64,000 nt of DNA from Leucoraja ocellata. Its lineage: Eukaryota. Below the pieces are notes generated by a model. It ran no database searches. It saw only the letters and a program-made list of their open reading frames with translations, and had not been told where the DNA came from. The stretch spans positions 3,596,001 to 3,660,000 of the forward strand of contig JAWMAR010000005.1 of assembly GCA_036785375.1 (NCBI GenBank), read 5' to 3'. Shown here piece by piece: positions 1 through 14,000 of this stretch. Every line of letters begins with the position of its first letter. Position 1 is the first letter of the stretch. Made by a program: the position numbers and the translations under genes.

Positions 1-772
1 GCTTGGCTGGGATAACACTAACTTCCCTCGTTGATCCATGCACATCTGCACAAAAGCTAAATGAGGGCTCAGAACATGACCAAGTTTGCACTGTGACATT
101 TCATTGATTTACACGCAAAATCATCAGAAGCTTCAAACTGAAAGCAAGTAGTGTGACTGAGAAAACGGAGGAGCTGGGCAGATTATGTAGTGATGAGGTT
201 CAGGTGTATTGTTGTCATGGGTAACGGGGATACAGAGAAAAGCTTTTGTTTCAGCAACGGAGGGAACAGGAGCTGGGGGAAGGGAGAAACATCAATTTCA
301 TGTCCAAGTGCACGATGTATTAGATAGAAATTACAGCTCAAACAGGTCACACAGACGCAACATTTGAGAAACATTTAGACAGGTACATGGATAGGAGAGG
401 TTTATTGGGATATGGGCCAAACGCTGGCAGGTGGGACTAGTGTAGATGGGATTTGTTGGCCGGTGTGGGAAAGTTGGGCCGAAGGGCCTGTTTCTACACT
501 GTATGACTCGAGTCATAGCTTAACTAAGCCAGACTTAGTTAAGAACAGAAATCTGCATTTGCAGTGCGGATGTTGATTGTAATGTTTAGGAAATTAGAGA
601 CTCAGTGACATTTGTTACATCATAGCTTTTAACAACGGTGCACTCTATTCCTTTCCTATTGTGTACACATCCTGTCTGTGCACCAGACTGAGCAGGACTG
701 CAAACATAGGCGAGACACGGTCACAGGAGTATCAGGCATTAGATTGAACGCAAGCAGCCCTTAAAACAATAC

Positions 773-775
773 CTG
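773..775 (-). other. Candidate 3-nt microexon (CAG) or recursive splice site
   Basis: Minus strand CACTGAC-tttactgcctccattgtagatag-CAG-gtattg: branch point, pyrimidine tract with UGC, AG, then a donor. Confidence 0.45.
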
Positions 776-1412
776 CTATCTACAATGGAGGCAGTAAAGT
801 CAGTGGCTGTGGGCTGTGTATCATAGCAAGGGCAGCTCCCGGTGGGTGCTGCAGTGGCACAGAAGCGAGCGCCGCGGAGCCGTGCAAGAGCAGACTCAGC
901 GGCCGGACGTGGACGGGCCACGGAGATGAGGTCGAGTCGAGGACATACAAAGAGGGTCCCAGAAAAGGAGAGATACCAAGAGTCACGAGGCACCCGGCAG
1001 GTGGGCGCCACGGAGAGCAAAGAGGGACCAACATGTCTCTACTGCATAAGAAAGAACTGCAGATGCTGTTTAAATCAAAGGTAGATTACCTATGACTCTA
1101 GTGAGTACTTTTGTAACTTTGCCAGCGCCAAACATGTGACGACTGTTTGTGCATTGGATGCAAAAACAAAGCATTTCTCTGTACCTAGATACATGTGACA
1201 ATAAGGAACAATTGAACCGGATGTCTGGTATTAAAGTAAGCTGGTATTTGTCAAATCAAGCCAACCCTTTGACTAACTAGTCCCCACATCATCATCTAAC
1301 CACAATGCCAGATCTACAGGGGTATTTTAGCAACCTCAAGCGAATGAGCACAAGCTGTGTGGTAAAGTGTCTGTGGAGGTTGCTCACGCATGGCAGGGTA
1401 GGGCAGACAGGC

Positions 1413-1731
1413 TTTAGTTTAGTTTAAAGAGACAGCATGGAGACAAGCCCTTTGCCCCACCGAGTCCACACCGACCATCAATCACCCGTTCACACTAGCT
1501 CCATGTTATCCCACAGCTCCCTACACACAAGGAGCAATTTACAAACGACAATTAATCAGCAAACCCACTCATCTTTGGGATGTGGGATTAAACCGGGGCA
1601 CCCAGAGGAAATCCAGGCGGCCACAGGTAGAACGTGCAAACTCCACACAGACAGATAGCACATGAAGTCAGGATCGAACCTGGGACTCTGGCGTTGTGAG
1701 GCAGGGGCTCGACCAGCTGCGCTGCTGTGCC
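1413..1731 (-). mobile_element. HE1-like V-SINE
   Basis: tRNA-like head with GTTCGATCC B-box, V-domain, CR1-type tail ending in (CTAAA)n. Confidence 0.85.
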
Positions 1732-1815
1732 TCATAGAGCAGCTCTACTGTGCTGAGAGTGGACAAAGTGTGTAATGGGGGTTAGCAAGGGGATGAGATT
1801 CATTCCCAACCTTAC

Positions 1816-2007
1816 TTTGATTCCGATCCTTTTGTCCTGCAGCAGTTTCTGCAGCTCCACCAAGCTCCCCTTCAGGTTGCGGAGTTTGTCCGTCAGGTGC
1901 TCGGCTTGTTCCCGCGTCTGGGGCTTCCCTTCCATGAGCAGGTTCTCGCTGTTGACGGAGAGCTCAGACACGGAGGCCACTTTCCGCTCAATCTGCATCA
2001 GTATGTC
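1816..2007 (-). CDS. SYNE1: SYNE1 exon, 192 nt, phase 0/0 (DILMQIERKVASVSELSVNSENLLMEGK...KRIGIK)
   Basis: ctgcag|GAC acceptor, AAA|gtaag donor. Confidence 0.95.
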
Positions 2008-5000
2008 CTGCAGCCGAGGAAGAGAAAGAGAGGCAACTCAGCCTGCTTCCCAATATAGACGGAGCAGCACACCGCACCCGCTCCCGAGGCCCACCACATA
2101 AACACGACCCACAGCAATCTGAATCACAGCCCATAAACCAGTTATGATGAGGCCAAGTCATTGAGTATTTTGCAGGTGGAGATTGACATTCTTGATTAGT
2201 AAGGATGTCAGGGATGATGGGGAGAAGGCAGGATAATGGGGTTGAGAGGACAAGATAGATCAACCATGATTGAATGACGGAGTAAACTATAGGCTGAATG
2301 CTCCTAAAACCTATGAACAAACTTTTTGTATTGAGGTAACATCCTACTTCATCAAGTAGGTCCACAGATTATTGACTGGAAGCCCTGGCCAACATTTAGT
2401 CCTCATCATTTATCCTTCATGATGAGGTTCATGAAGTTCATCCGGTGGCATTTCAGAGACTTCGGGATATGTGTATGTGGATATGGAGGTCAGGATATGT
2501 GTATGTGGATATGGAGGGAATGGTGAGATATGGATTATGCGCAAACAGATAAGAGTTTACTTCACTTTATTTACTTTAGAGATACAGTGTGGCCCGTTGG
2601 CCCACCGAGTTTGCGCCAACCACTATCCTACACACGAGGGACAATTTATACTTTTACCGAGGCCAATTAACCTGCAAACCTGTACGTCTTCGGTGTGTGG
2701 GAGGAAACCAGAGCACCCGGAGAAAACCGACGCGGTCACGGGGAAAACGTGCAAACTCCGCACAGACAGCACCCGTGGTCAGGATCGAACCTGGGTCGCT
2801 GGCACTGGAAGGCAGCAACTCTACCGCTGCGCCGCCGTGCTGCTCTTTGAAGTTCTCCAAGCTTAAACCGATACCTGACAGTCGGTCAGCTGATCCTCCA
2901 TGTCCATGTGCTCTCCGGGGACTTCAAGAGCAGTGTCCAGCGCGGCCTTTGTCATCTGCAGCCAGTTGTCCAGCTCATCGGCCTCACTGCGATACATTTG
3001 CAGGGCTTGGATCTGCCGCTGTTCTTCCACCTGGTCATTCAACCTCTCCTAAAGGAGAAGACGGGATCCTTTTTGTTAAAAGATTCATCGGTGAGTGGGT
3101 GTTTTTATTAAACCTTCAATCCAGTCTTCAAGCCCATCGATCTGCCCCGCCCAACGCCAACCAAGCTAACAGCCAGTCGCCATTTTAATTCACCCCCCCA
3201 CCCCCACTCCTACTTCTTCCCATTACATATCAATTATGGTAAAGAAGGTCTTGAGGAACAGCATCGCTTGTTTACAGATCTCTTGTTTAACTACCTGTAT
3301 CATTACCACCAAGCCCGTGTCCTCACACAACAGATGCAGGTCACAACTCTGCTACATTTAGCATTTCACAGGAAACTTTCAGGACACTCAGCAGTTCAGG
3401 CAGCATCCCTGGAGAAAAGGGATAGGTGACGTTTCGGGTCGAGACCCTTATTCATACCAAATACCTCAATATGCCACCTGACCTGCTAAGTTATGCCAGC
3501 ACCTTGTGTCCTTCTGTGCATTAAGCAGCATCTGCAGTTTCATGTTTCTACGATATGAAACGTTCTTTTAGTTTAAATCATTGACACCATTTTGCCTGGC
3601 ACCATTATCCCTGTAAACACTTCATCTCTTTTAACCAACTCCATTCAGACAGCACCCGTAGACAGGATTGATCCTGGGTCTCTGGCACTGCAAGGCAGCA
3701 ACACCATAGACAATAGGTGCAGGAGTAGGCCATTCAGCCCCTCGAGCCAGCATCGCCATTCAATGTGATCATGGCTGATCATCCCCAATCAGTACCCCGT
3801 TCCTGCCTTCTTCTCATATCCCGACTCCACTATCTTTAAGAGCCCTATCTAGCTCACCTAGTGCCGCCCTTGATCTACTCTGAAGGACCACTTTGCCAAG
3901 TGTCTCACTCTGTCCACAGTCCACGGCTCTGTCTAAAAAGCACAAGCCTTCAAGTAAGTAAACCGAGAGTCCGCAAACCTCCAGCAGCTGCTTCTTCCCC
4001 AAGGCTTTCATCCTGATGGTGGCCATTCTCTCGGCCAGGACGGTCAGTGTGGATTGCATGGCCAGCTGGTCAGCGGTGTCGGCATCCACCGTGTCCGACA
4101 CCAGCTCTTCGGCAAAGCAGACCTGCAGCTCGTTGATCTCGTCCTGAAGCGTCACGATCTCCTCCATCAGTCCCTGGGACACAAACATGACAAACACCTG
4201 TTGAGACGCGAGTCCATGGAAACCCTCGGGACGCCGAGCTCAACATTGAGCTGTGCCAGTGTTTCAGAGAGCAGAGACCATCAGTGATTTAGAGATGAGC
4301 CTCTTTGAGGGCAGTCCACTGATCAAACTAATCAGGGGCATTTGCATTTAAAAAAAAAAATCAAAATAAACTATATTCAAATTTAATAAACACATACAAA
4401 ATAAGAACGGTGCAAAAATTCTCCTGACATTCTCAGAGGCTCCGCAAACATTCATCAGTGTTGTATTTGGTAGCGTTCACAGAAATGAATGAATGAATGA
4501 ATGAATGAATACGTTTATTGGCCAATTATGTACACATACAAGGAATTTTTCTTGGTGCTCCGCTCGCAAGTAACAACATGACATACAGTAAACAATTAAG
4601 AATAAAACATTATAGTTTAAACTTGTGAATTAATTAAAATACCAGAGCAAAAGGAGGCTAGACTTTTGGTTATTGAGTAGAGCTACTGCACGTGGAAAAA
4701 ATATCATTATACCCGGCACCCTTGCCACTCATGTGCCACTTTGCCACCCCAACTTGGGGTGAGATCCCCTCTGTCAGGGAGACGTCTCCACCACACCCTG
4801 CCCCCCAGCATCCAGCAGCGGAAGGACGCTAGATTAAACACGGACATGCATACCTGGTGTGCAGCCATCTGGAGGTCGTGACTCTCGCCCGCAAGGAGCG
4901 ACTCGCCGAGCTTCCCCTCGATCAGCTCCATCTTGGTCGACACCGACTGCACGGAGTCCTGATACTTCTGCTGCCGTTCCAGCGCTTCGTAAAGGGTGCG

Positions 5001-8000
5001 CTGCTTTTCGCTGATCTGCCAACAGGGAGAGAGGATCACTTACGCACTGCATGGCCAGGTAACGTGTTCACAGCATTCACTCCAGAACCCGTTGACCAGA
5101 AACACCTTCCCCGGAACGGTGGGCCAGTGGGAAAAGCTATGTAATGGAATAATTCCCTAATGGAGGATAGGTGTTCCTCCAAAGGCAACACCCTTGAGAA
5201 GTGGCACACGTACTTGCTTCTTACTTACACACACACATAACACACACACACAAGCTTTCACTAAAAATAACTTTGAAACACGTTAAATATATTGCAGACA
5301 GACACCTTCGGCAAGAATGCACATCTCGGACTAAACCTAACATGAATGAATGAATATGTTTATTGGCCAAGTATGTACACATACAAGGAATTTGCCTTGG
5401 TGCTCCGCTCACAAGTAACAACACGACATACAGTAACAATTAAGAATGACACATAAAACATTAATAATAAAACATTACAGTTTAAACATGTGAATTAAAC
5501 ATGTTTAATGTTTAATTCACATTTAATTACATGTTTAAACATACCAGAGCAAAATGAGGCGACATACTTTTGGTTATTGAGTAGAGCTACCACTCGTGGA
5601 TAAAAGCTGTTTTTATGTCTGGCTGTGGCTGCTTTAACATTCACCAAAGATTGGCTTAAATTCCACTCCCAAAGTGTTGATGGTGCCCCAGTGTTTGAGT
5701 TGAATCTTTCATTCAAGCTGCAGGCTGGAAAGGAAATCCTGCAGCAATGTGTTCATTTAAAAGACACATCTTTCATCTGCTTCTGTTTCCACGTGACAAT
5801 GTCGCTAAAGTAACAAGTCATCGCAGAAAATAACAACTTCTCCAATGTCTCCAACTCAGTCCTCAACGTGAATTTGCGCAGTCTGCATCAATGTGCTAGT
5901 GTTCATTTAATTCTATTTGTGGATAGGTTTATACGCAATGGCGTAGAGTTTAGTGGAGATGTGTCGGGCAATTTCATTTTTATCCAGAGGGTGGTGGATG
6001 CTTGAAACACATAGAAACATAGAAATTAGGTGCAGGAGTAGGCCATTCGGCCCTTCGAGCCTGCACCGCCATTCAATATGATCATGGCTGATCATCCAAG
6101 TCAGTATCCCGTACCTGCCTTCTCTCCATACCCCCTGATCCCCTTAGCCACAAGGGCCACATCTAACTCCCTCTTAAATATAGCCAATGAACTGGCCTCA
6201 ACTACCCTCTGTGGCAGAGAGTCCCAGAGATTCACCACTCTCTGTGTGAAAAAAGTCCTATACCTAATGTTTCTCAACACACACCTGGCTTGGTGGTGGC
6301 ATTTAAGAGGCGTCTAGATAGGCACGTTAAGTGCAGGGAAGAGAGGGATATGGGTCATGTACAGGCAAATGAGATCAGTTTAACTTGGTACCAGGTTTAA
6401 TGCATTTCGTTGTCTCTGTACTGTACACTGACAATGACAATTAAAATTGAATCTGAATCTGAATGTTTGGCACAAAACATTGTCGGCAGAAGGGCTGTAC
6501 TGTTCTACGTTTTTCTTTTATGTCTTCTATTCCTTGTGACGGCTGGGGAGAGCCTGTTTCAGTGTTGTCCTTTATAGGGAAAGGAACCTTCTATTTTTAC
6601 TGTACGAACACATTTGTGGAGGACAAGGGTAGGTGGATGCTGGAAAAGTGATGGATGCGAAACAAAGTGATAGTCACAATGAACTGCAGATGCTGGTTTA
6701 CAAACAAACACAAAATGCTAGGTAACTCTGCAGGTTAGGCAGCATCTTTTTTCCAGCTTTCTTCCCCCCTACTACAATAAGTCAAAACACATTAAAAGCC
6801 CTCCAGTGATGCTGCCTGACCCACTGAGTTACTCCAGCACTTTGTGTTTGTGTTTTGTACTGTAGTTCCTAGCGTCTGGCATCTGTAGAGGTCCACTCAT
6901 ACATCCAGCAAGCCTTTGATCGCAGTAAACAGGCAGGAGAATGGGGTTGAGAGGGACAGACAGATCAGCCATGATTGAATGTCAGAGTAGAAGATGGGCC
7001 GAATGCTCCTAACTCTGCTCCTATACCTAATGAACATAATTTAAAGAGGGCACCACAGCAACAGCAGCTTTTCAGGAGGGAATGGATGGACAACAAATGT
7101 CCATCTTGCCCGCCATGGAGAGGACTTCGCCAAGAAGTGTGCCTTTGTCTCCGTTACAGGCCGTGATGGTCAGCTCCCACTCTTACCAGGGAATGAGCAG
7201 GGACAAGTACTCGGATGGAGAAAGGAAGCACAAAACATTGCCCAAACTTACCACATTCTTCAGCGTTTCCCAGGATCGCTGAAGGTCATCGAGCTTGGAC
7301 GAGGCCTGGTCTCCCAACGAAGACTCGGAGGGTTCCTGTGGAGATGCAGCACCATTCATGATCTCCACATCAGAGGCTGCTGTCTGCAACTCTTCTGCAG
7401 ACAATGTTGTGTGATAAGCACTATCCTACAAACATAAACACTCGCAGATTGGGACTCGCAACTACTGAGGTCAGGGACAAAGGATGATAAACCACAAAAC
7501 GAAGCACAAAGTGCTGGAGAAACTCAGCGGGTCAAGGCACCTCTCTGGAGAACATGGATAGGTGACATTTTAAACCACACCTTCACATACCTCCGTTTTA
7601 GAACTGTTCTACAGACAGCCCCCGTGTAATAACTTTTATGACACAGCATCATAAGCGAGTCTCAATTTTCCCCATTCTCCTCTTCCTCTGTAGATCTTCC
7701 CAGCACCCATTGCCCAATTCTTTACCCATTACCCATTCCGTGCATCAACCTCCTAACTGCAATCTTTGTTCCCATGAAGGTGCAGTTACCAGCACAGCTC
7801 TGTGTCTCATTTAGGATTGGTGGGGTAACTTTTGTACAACAGCCCTGTCCAAACTTCAGCTCAGCATTGTGTCCGTTAAAATCTGAAGCTTTTGGTGGGA
7901 CTCATATACAGCAGTCATGAATTACCATCTACCTCATTGGAGACCTTCGGACTACCTTTGATCCAACTTTATCTTGCACTAAACATAATTCCCTTTATCA

Positions 8001-11000
8001 TGCATCTGACCACTGCGAATGGCTCCATTCTAATCGTGTATTGTCTTTCCACTGACTAGTTAGTGCACAACAGAAGCTTTTCACTGTACCTCAGTACACG
8101 TGACAATAAACTAAACACATGTTCTTAACACTTTATGCTCAGTGTTTGCACAAGCATCTGTAATATGATACTGAGTTGGATGATCAGCCATGATAATATT
8201 GAATGGCGGTGCAGGCACGAAGGGCCGAATGGCCTACTCCTGCACCTAATTTCTATGTTTCTATGTAATTTCAAATTGCATATTTTGTTTTGGATGTTTT
8301 GACTGGGAGGTTTAGTGCCTGCTCCTGCTTCTATCTTCCTGCACACTCAGCGACTGGAAGGACCTGCATTCTGGCAGGGCATCTGTTGGCATTTCACCGC
8401 ACCCTTCATTTGCAGAACAGTGTGGAGGAATAGATGGAAGGTGCCACAAACGCTTCTGCCACATCGTGGGCTTCTGCTTAGCTCTAGCAGCCTTTCCTTT
8501 GAAGATGCTGGAGTAACTCAGCAAGTCAGGCAGCATCTCTGGAGAGACAGAATAGGTGATGTTTTGGGTCAAGACCCTACTTCAAGTCCAGTTAGACTCT
8601 ACAGACTGCCCCTATATAATTGTATGATACAGCATCATAAACGTGTCTCAATTTTTCCCATTCCCCCCTTCGTCAGCACCCAAGTAGACCTTCCCAGCAC
8701 CCGTTGGCCAACACCCCTTGCCTTGCGTCAACCCCGTAACTGCAATCTTTGTTCCCACAAAGGTGCAGTTACTAACAGCCCTGTGTCTCAATTAGAGGGT
8801 AGTTTTTACTCAACTCCCTTTTCCAAACCTTCAGCTCAGGGATATGTGTGCTTAAATCTGCAATCTATAGAACACAGGCTGGTGCCACACAGAACAACGC
8901 CTTTAGCCTACAGTGTCCGTGCCGAACATTACGCCAAGTTAAACTAATCTCCTCTGTCTGCATGTAATCCATATTCTTCCATTCCCTGCATATCCATGTG
9001 CCCATCTGAAAGCCTCTTCAGGGCCCTTGGCAGTGCGTTCCAGACACCCACCATTCTCTGTGTAAAAAAAAACTTGCCCCACGCATCTCCTACAAACTTT
9101 GCCCTCTCACCTTAAAGCTATGCCCTCTTGCCTTTGACATTTACACCCCAGGAAAACGGTTCAGATTGTTTACCAAATCTATGTCTCTCATAACGTATAT
9201 ACTTCCGTCACATCTTCCCTCATCCTCCAATGCTCTAGAGAAAAACAATCAAAGGGGCATGTTGGTCAGCCTGGGCAAGTTGGGCCGAAGGGCCTGTTGT
9301 CACGCTGTATGAATTTATAGCAGTCCTATTTTCTCCTTTGGTGGCTCAGTGTGTTTGCGGGCTGAAGGTGAAGCATCTTGGAGCACTCCCCAATGCTAAA
9401 TGCTTCCACACAGAGCGTACGTTATGGTCAGGGTGGCAACTGGGAAGGAAGAAAACGTCTCTCTTTAAACCACGGTTTCCTGCAGGCCCACTGTGGCACT
9501 CAAAGTGTGGATGTCAAGTGTGATGCCAGGCATTGGTCTGTAGTTGGCACTTCAACTCATGGTTAGTGTGCAGTAACTCTTGAAACGCAGTGAGTGAGAT
9601 GACCCCACTGGATAAATTCCTGATGCGCCTCAGAAACGACGTCAACCGACTGTCAAAACACCTCTCAACACTGACTGTCCAGCCCTATATTTTAAGAGTG
9701 AGGCCATGTTTGAGTGAATGATGGACTGAGAGGGGTGCATGTTCTTAACAGACCCAAATAGAAATAATTAAAAATCAGGTTAATATTTAAAACTCCTTTA
9801 CAGAACATAGAAAAGGAGATGTATTCAGCTGGATGATAGAGTAGAATAGTTAATGCAGTAGAGGGGTCGCCTTTAGTCAGCAGTTGAGTAACAGACAAGA
9901 GAGATGGATTTCAATGGAAAATGTTGGCGGAAGGCTAATGTGCTGGAGGGATGGATGGGCTCAATGGGGAAGTTAAAGAATTGGAGGGAGAAGCTTCAAA
10001 GGGGCAGCAGAGCATTGGGGAAGCGGTCACGGTGGCTCAGCGGTAGATTTGCTGCCTTACAGCGAATGCAGCGGCAGAGACACGGGATCGATCCAGACTA
10101 CGGGTGCTGTCTGTGCAGAGTTTGTACGTTCTCCCCTTGACCTGCCTGGGTTTTCTCCGAGCTCTTCGGTTTCCTCCCACAATCCAAAGACGTACAGGTT
10201 TATAGGTTAATTGACGTCCCAAGTAGGTGTTAATGTGCGGGGGTCGCTGGTCGGCGCGGACCCGGTGGGCCGAAGGGCCTGTTTCCGCCCTGTATCTCTA
10301 AACTAAACTTGACAGACCAATATTTGCACCAATACATCGTGAGGGGCATGAGGGTCAGAGAAATAGAGCAAAAAGTGAATGAGCAAAAGCCTTTAATGGC
10401 AAAACAAGGAGACTTGAAGCACATGTCACAGTGTGTGAAACATGGGGGAGAATAGGCTTATAAGATGCATTAGAGAACTGTAAGGTTTGCATGAATGGCC
10501 ATTGTTCTTGTATTTGTGGAGAACTCTCTTTATTCAAGGTATATGGTTTTCACAGGCTGAGCCAGCATTTAATAGTCCACCCCCTAATTGTCCTATAGAA
10601 GGTGGAGGCGAGCTGCTTTCTTGAACCCCTGCAGCCTTGAGGTGTGGATACAGTGGGGAGAGAACCCCAGTATTTTTACCTCGTGACTGGGAAGAAATGG
10701 TAATATCTTTCCAAGTCAGGATGGTGTGTGGTTTGGAAGGCAACTTCAAGAGTCAAGAGTGTGTTATTGTCCTATGTCCCAGATAGGACAATGAAATTCT
10801 TGCTTGCTGCAGCACAACAGAATATGTATACGGGAGAGAAAAAAGGTTCAGCGTGTATATATACACATGCACACATACTCAATAAATAAACAAATATGGT
10901 GCAATGATAATAATAGTCTGTTGTAGTTCAGAGGTTATTTGTTGCCGTGTTTAATAGCCTGATGGCTGTAGGGAAGAAGCTGTTCCTGAACCTGGACGTT

Positions 11001-14000
11001 ACAGTGGCGCTCCCATGCTTTTGCTGCCCTCATCCTTCAAGTTGGTGGAGGTCGTGGGTGCAGAAGGTGCTGTTACAGGAGTGTCAGTGAGTTGATGCAG
11101 CGCATCTTGTGGATGGTACAAACTGCTGCTGCCGTGTATGGGTGGTGGTGGAGTGAGTGAATGGTGGTGGATGGAGGGGGGGGGGGGGGGTGCTATCAAG
11201 GAGGCTGCTATGTCCTTTATGGTGTTGAGCCCCATGAACGTTGTTGAAGTTGCACTCAACCAGGCAAGTGGAGACTATTCCATCACACTCCTGGATTTGA
11301 TCTTTGTAGATGGGGAGTCTTTGGCAAGTTTCTCGCACCAAGATTCCCAGCTTCCAACCTGCTCTTGCAGCTACACTGTGTACGTGGCTTCTCTAGTTCA
11401 GTTTTTCATCAATTGTAAACCCCTCCGGATATTGACAGTGGGGGATTCAGTTATGGCAACACCATTGGATGTCAGGGGTACCAGCTGGATTTCCTCTTGC
11501 TGGATGTCATCATTGCATGGCACTTTGTGTGGCGTGATGGTTATTTGACACCTATCAGCCCAAGCCTAGGTATTGTCCAGATCGTGCTGTATTCTCCACA
11601 CCAGACCGTACACTTGAAAAAAGATCTTTGATGAAGCAGCTGAAGATGGTTGGGCCTCAGAGACCATCTTGAGCAAGTCCAACAGAGACCTCCTGTGAAT
11701 GTTTTGAAGTGCAGCATTGAGACTCCAGTTGGATCCGTTACTAACCACCTCCTTTGGAGGAGATTGCGGCTCACAGGACTAACAGGCACCATCAGAAACT
11801 ACAGGATTTCACTTCCTCAAGGGCTTGGGTGACACGGTGGTGCAGCGGTCGAGTTGTTGCCTCACAGCACCAGAGACTTGGGTTCGATCCTGACTTTGGG
11901 CGCTGTCTGAATGGAGTTTGTACCTTCTCCCCATAACCTGCGTGGGTTTTCTCCGGGTGCATCTGTTGCCTCCCACACTCCAAGGACGTACAGGTTTGTC
12001 GGTTAATTGGCTTCCGTGAAACTCTAAAGTGTCCCCTAGTGTGTGTAGGATAGTGTTAGTGTACGGGGTGATCGCTGATGGTGGGCCAAAGGACCCGTTT
12101 CCGCAATGTGTCTCTTAACTAAACAGAACCAGAGTAATGGGGACATCCATGCACTGATGATCAAGCATGCCGTCAGCGTGAAGGGTCAAGCAGAAGGTAG
12201 TACCTGGTTAACAGACACATCAGCATTAGCCACAGGTGAGGGAGAGCGACAGGCTGTCGGGGAGGAAAGCTCGCTGTTCGTCCCCTCTTCCCCAGACTCC
12301 TCCGTGACAGGTGAGAGGAGGGTGTGACAACGCCCAGCTGTCATCTGATACAAGCCCGGCATAAGCAATACCATTCAATCAGAGAGAGAGGGGGTGGGGT
12401 GGGGGGGGGGGGGGGAGAAAGAGAGAGGTGAGAAAGAGAAGGGAGTAACGTAAATAAAAATCACACAGTAAAGCACAAACCATTGATAACATTTACAATC
12501 TGCCTTCAGCAACATGAAGCAGATACGAATTGTTTTAAAAATCTCTGGCGATAACAACACAGATTGGAGATACAAGGAACTGCAGATGCTGGGATCCTGG
12601 AGCAAAATACCTGCTGGAGGAACTCAGTAGGCCAGGCAGCATCTGCGGAGGGAAATGGATCTATTCTCTCCAGGGATGCTGTCTGCCCATTTGAGTTCCT
12701 CCAGCACTTCGGTGTTTAATATACAAAAAAAAAAGATTAGCATCAGTTCACGCCCACTCCACCCGGGGCAGCAGAATAAAATCAGCCTGGAACGTTATAG
12801 TGTGTAGGAAGGAAGTGAAGGCTCAGGTCAGGCAGCGTCGCTGGAGAGAAGGAACAGGGGACGTTTCGGAGTAGGAGGGAACTGTAGATGCTGGTTTACA
12901 CCGAAGAAAAGACACAAAAAGCTGGAGTGACTCAGCGGGTCAGGCAGCATCTCTAGGGAGATGGAATAGGTGACCTATCGGGTCGTGACTCTTCTTCAGA
13001 CTGAGAGACAGGGGAGAGGGAAACTGGAGGTGGGAAAAGGTTGAGAACAAATCAGAGCCGGCACGGATGACCGCGGAAAGGTGGAGCCCACAATGGTCCA
13101 TTGTTGGCTGTGGAAGAGTTAACTTTGATACGGTTTCCAACAAAGCGCCTTATAAAAAAACATGTGCAAGAAAGAACTGCAGTTGCTGGTTTAAATGCTG
13201 GAGTAACTCAGCGGATGAGACAGCATCTATGGAGAGAAGGAATGGGACCCTTCTTCAGTCTGAAACGTCGCCCATTGCTTCTCTCCAGAGAGATGCTGCC
13301 TCACCCGCTGAGTTACTCCAGCATTTTGTGTCTGCCTTTATAAGAAAACATTGCAATAACAGGGGGGACGGAATCGTAGCCCTGGGGAGCGGGGAGATCC
13401 GGCAGTTTGCTACAAGCGGGAACGCGGGTAGACAATGACATTTGAACATTGCAGCCGGGCCGGGCTGGGGTGGGATCGAGTGGCGGTGAGAGCGGGTTGG
13501 CTTACCATGACCACGGAAGGGTGGGCCGAGTGTGCGTGCAGCGGCTCCCCGTCCAGCTCCTCCAGCCCCTCCACCTCGGTCACCGTCAGCAACATGGTGG
13601 TGTGTTTCGCCTTCATTGTCAACATCTTGCACTTGGTGTTGAGCGCCGCGATTTGCTCCTGATAGCCCTTGATCTTCTGTGCGAAGTCCTGGCCGTGGAT
13701 TAAAAACAGGGGACAACTCAGCAACGCTGTCTCATCTGCCGCCGGGACAACTGAATCTTCGCTGCACCCTCCCCACTCTGTCTCTCTCGCTCTCTCTTTC
13801 TATCTCTCTCTCTTCTCCATTTTCTCTTTCTCTCTCTCTTTTCCCCTCTCTATGTATTTCTCTCTATCTATTTCTATGTCTCCCTATTCCCCTATCCCCT
13901 CTATTTGTCCCTCTCTCTCTTTCCCCCTCTATCTATCTCCCTCTCCCCCTATCTCTCTTTCCCTCTCTCTCCTACAATGAATGAGGTCGTCTCTCTGTCT

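Noticed and set aside
992-1010. CTCF-like CCGGCAGGTGGGCGCC
   Set aside because: An extra G breaks the core spacing; much weaker than the 29682 site.
8315-8947. 210-aa + strand ORF
   Set aside because: Crosses a Penelope pLTR and a duplicated intronic block; no coding signature.
10022-10110. tRNA-like sequences with A and B boxes (many copies)
   Set aside because: These are SINE heads that continue into the V-domain; no intact cloverleaf.
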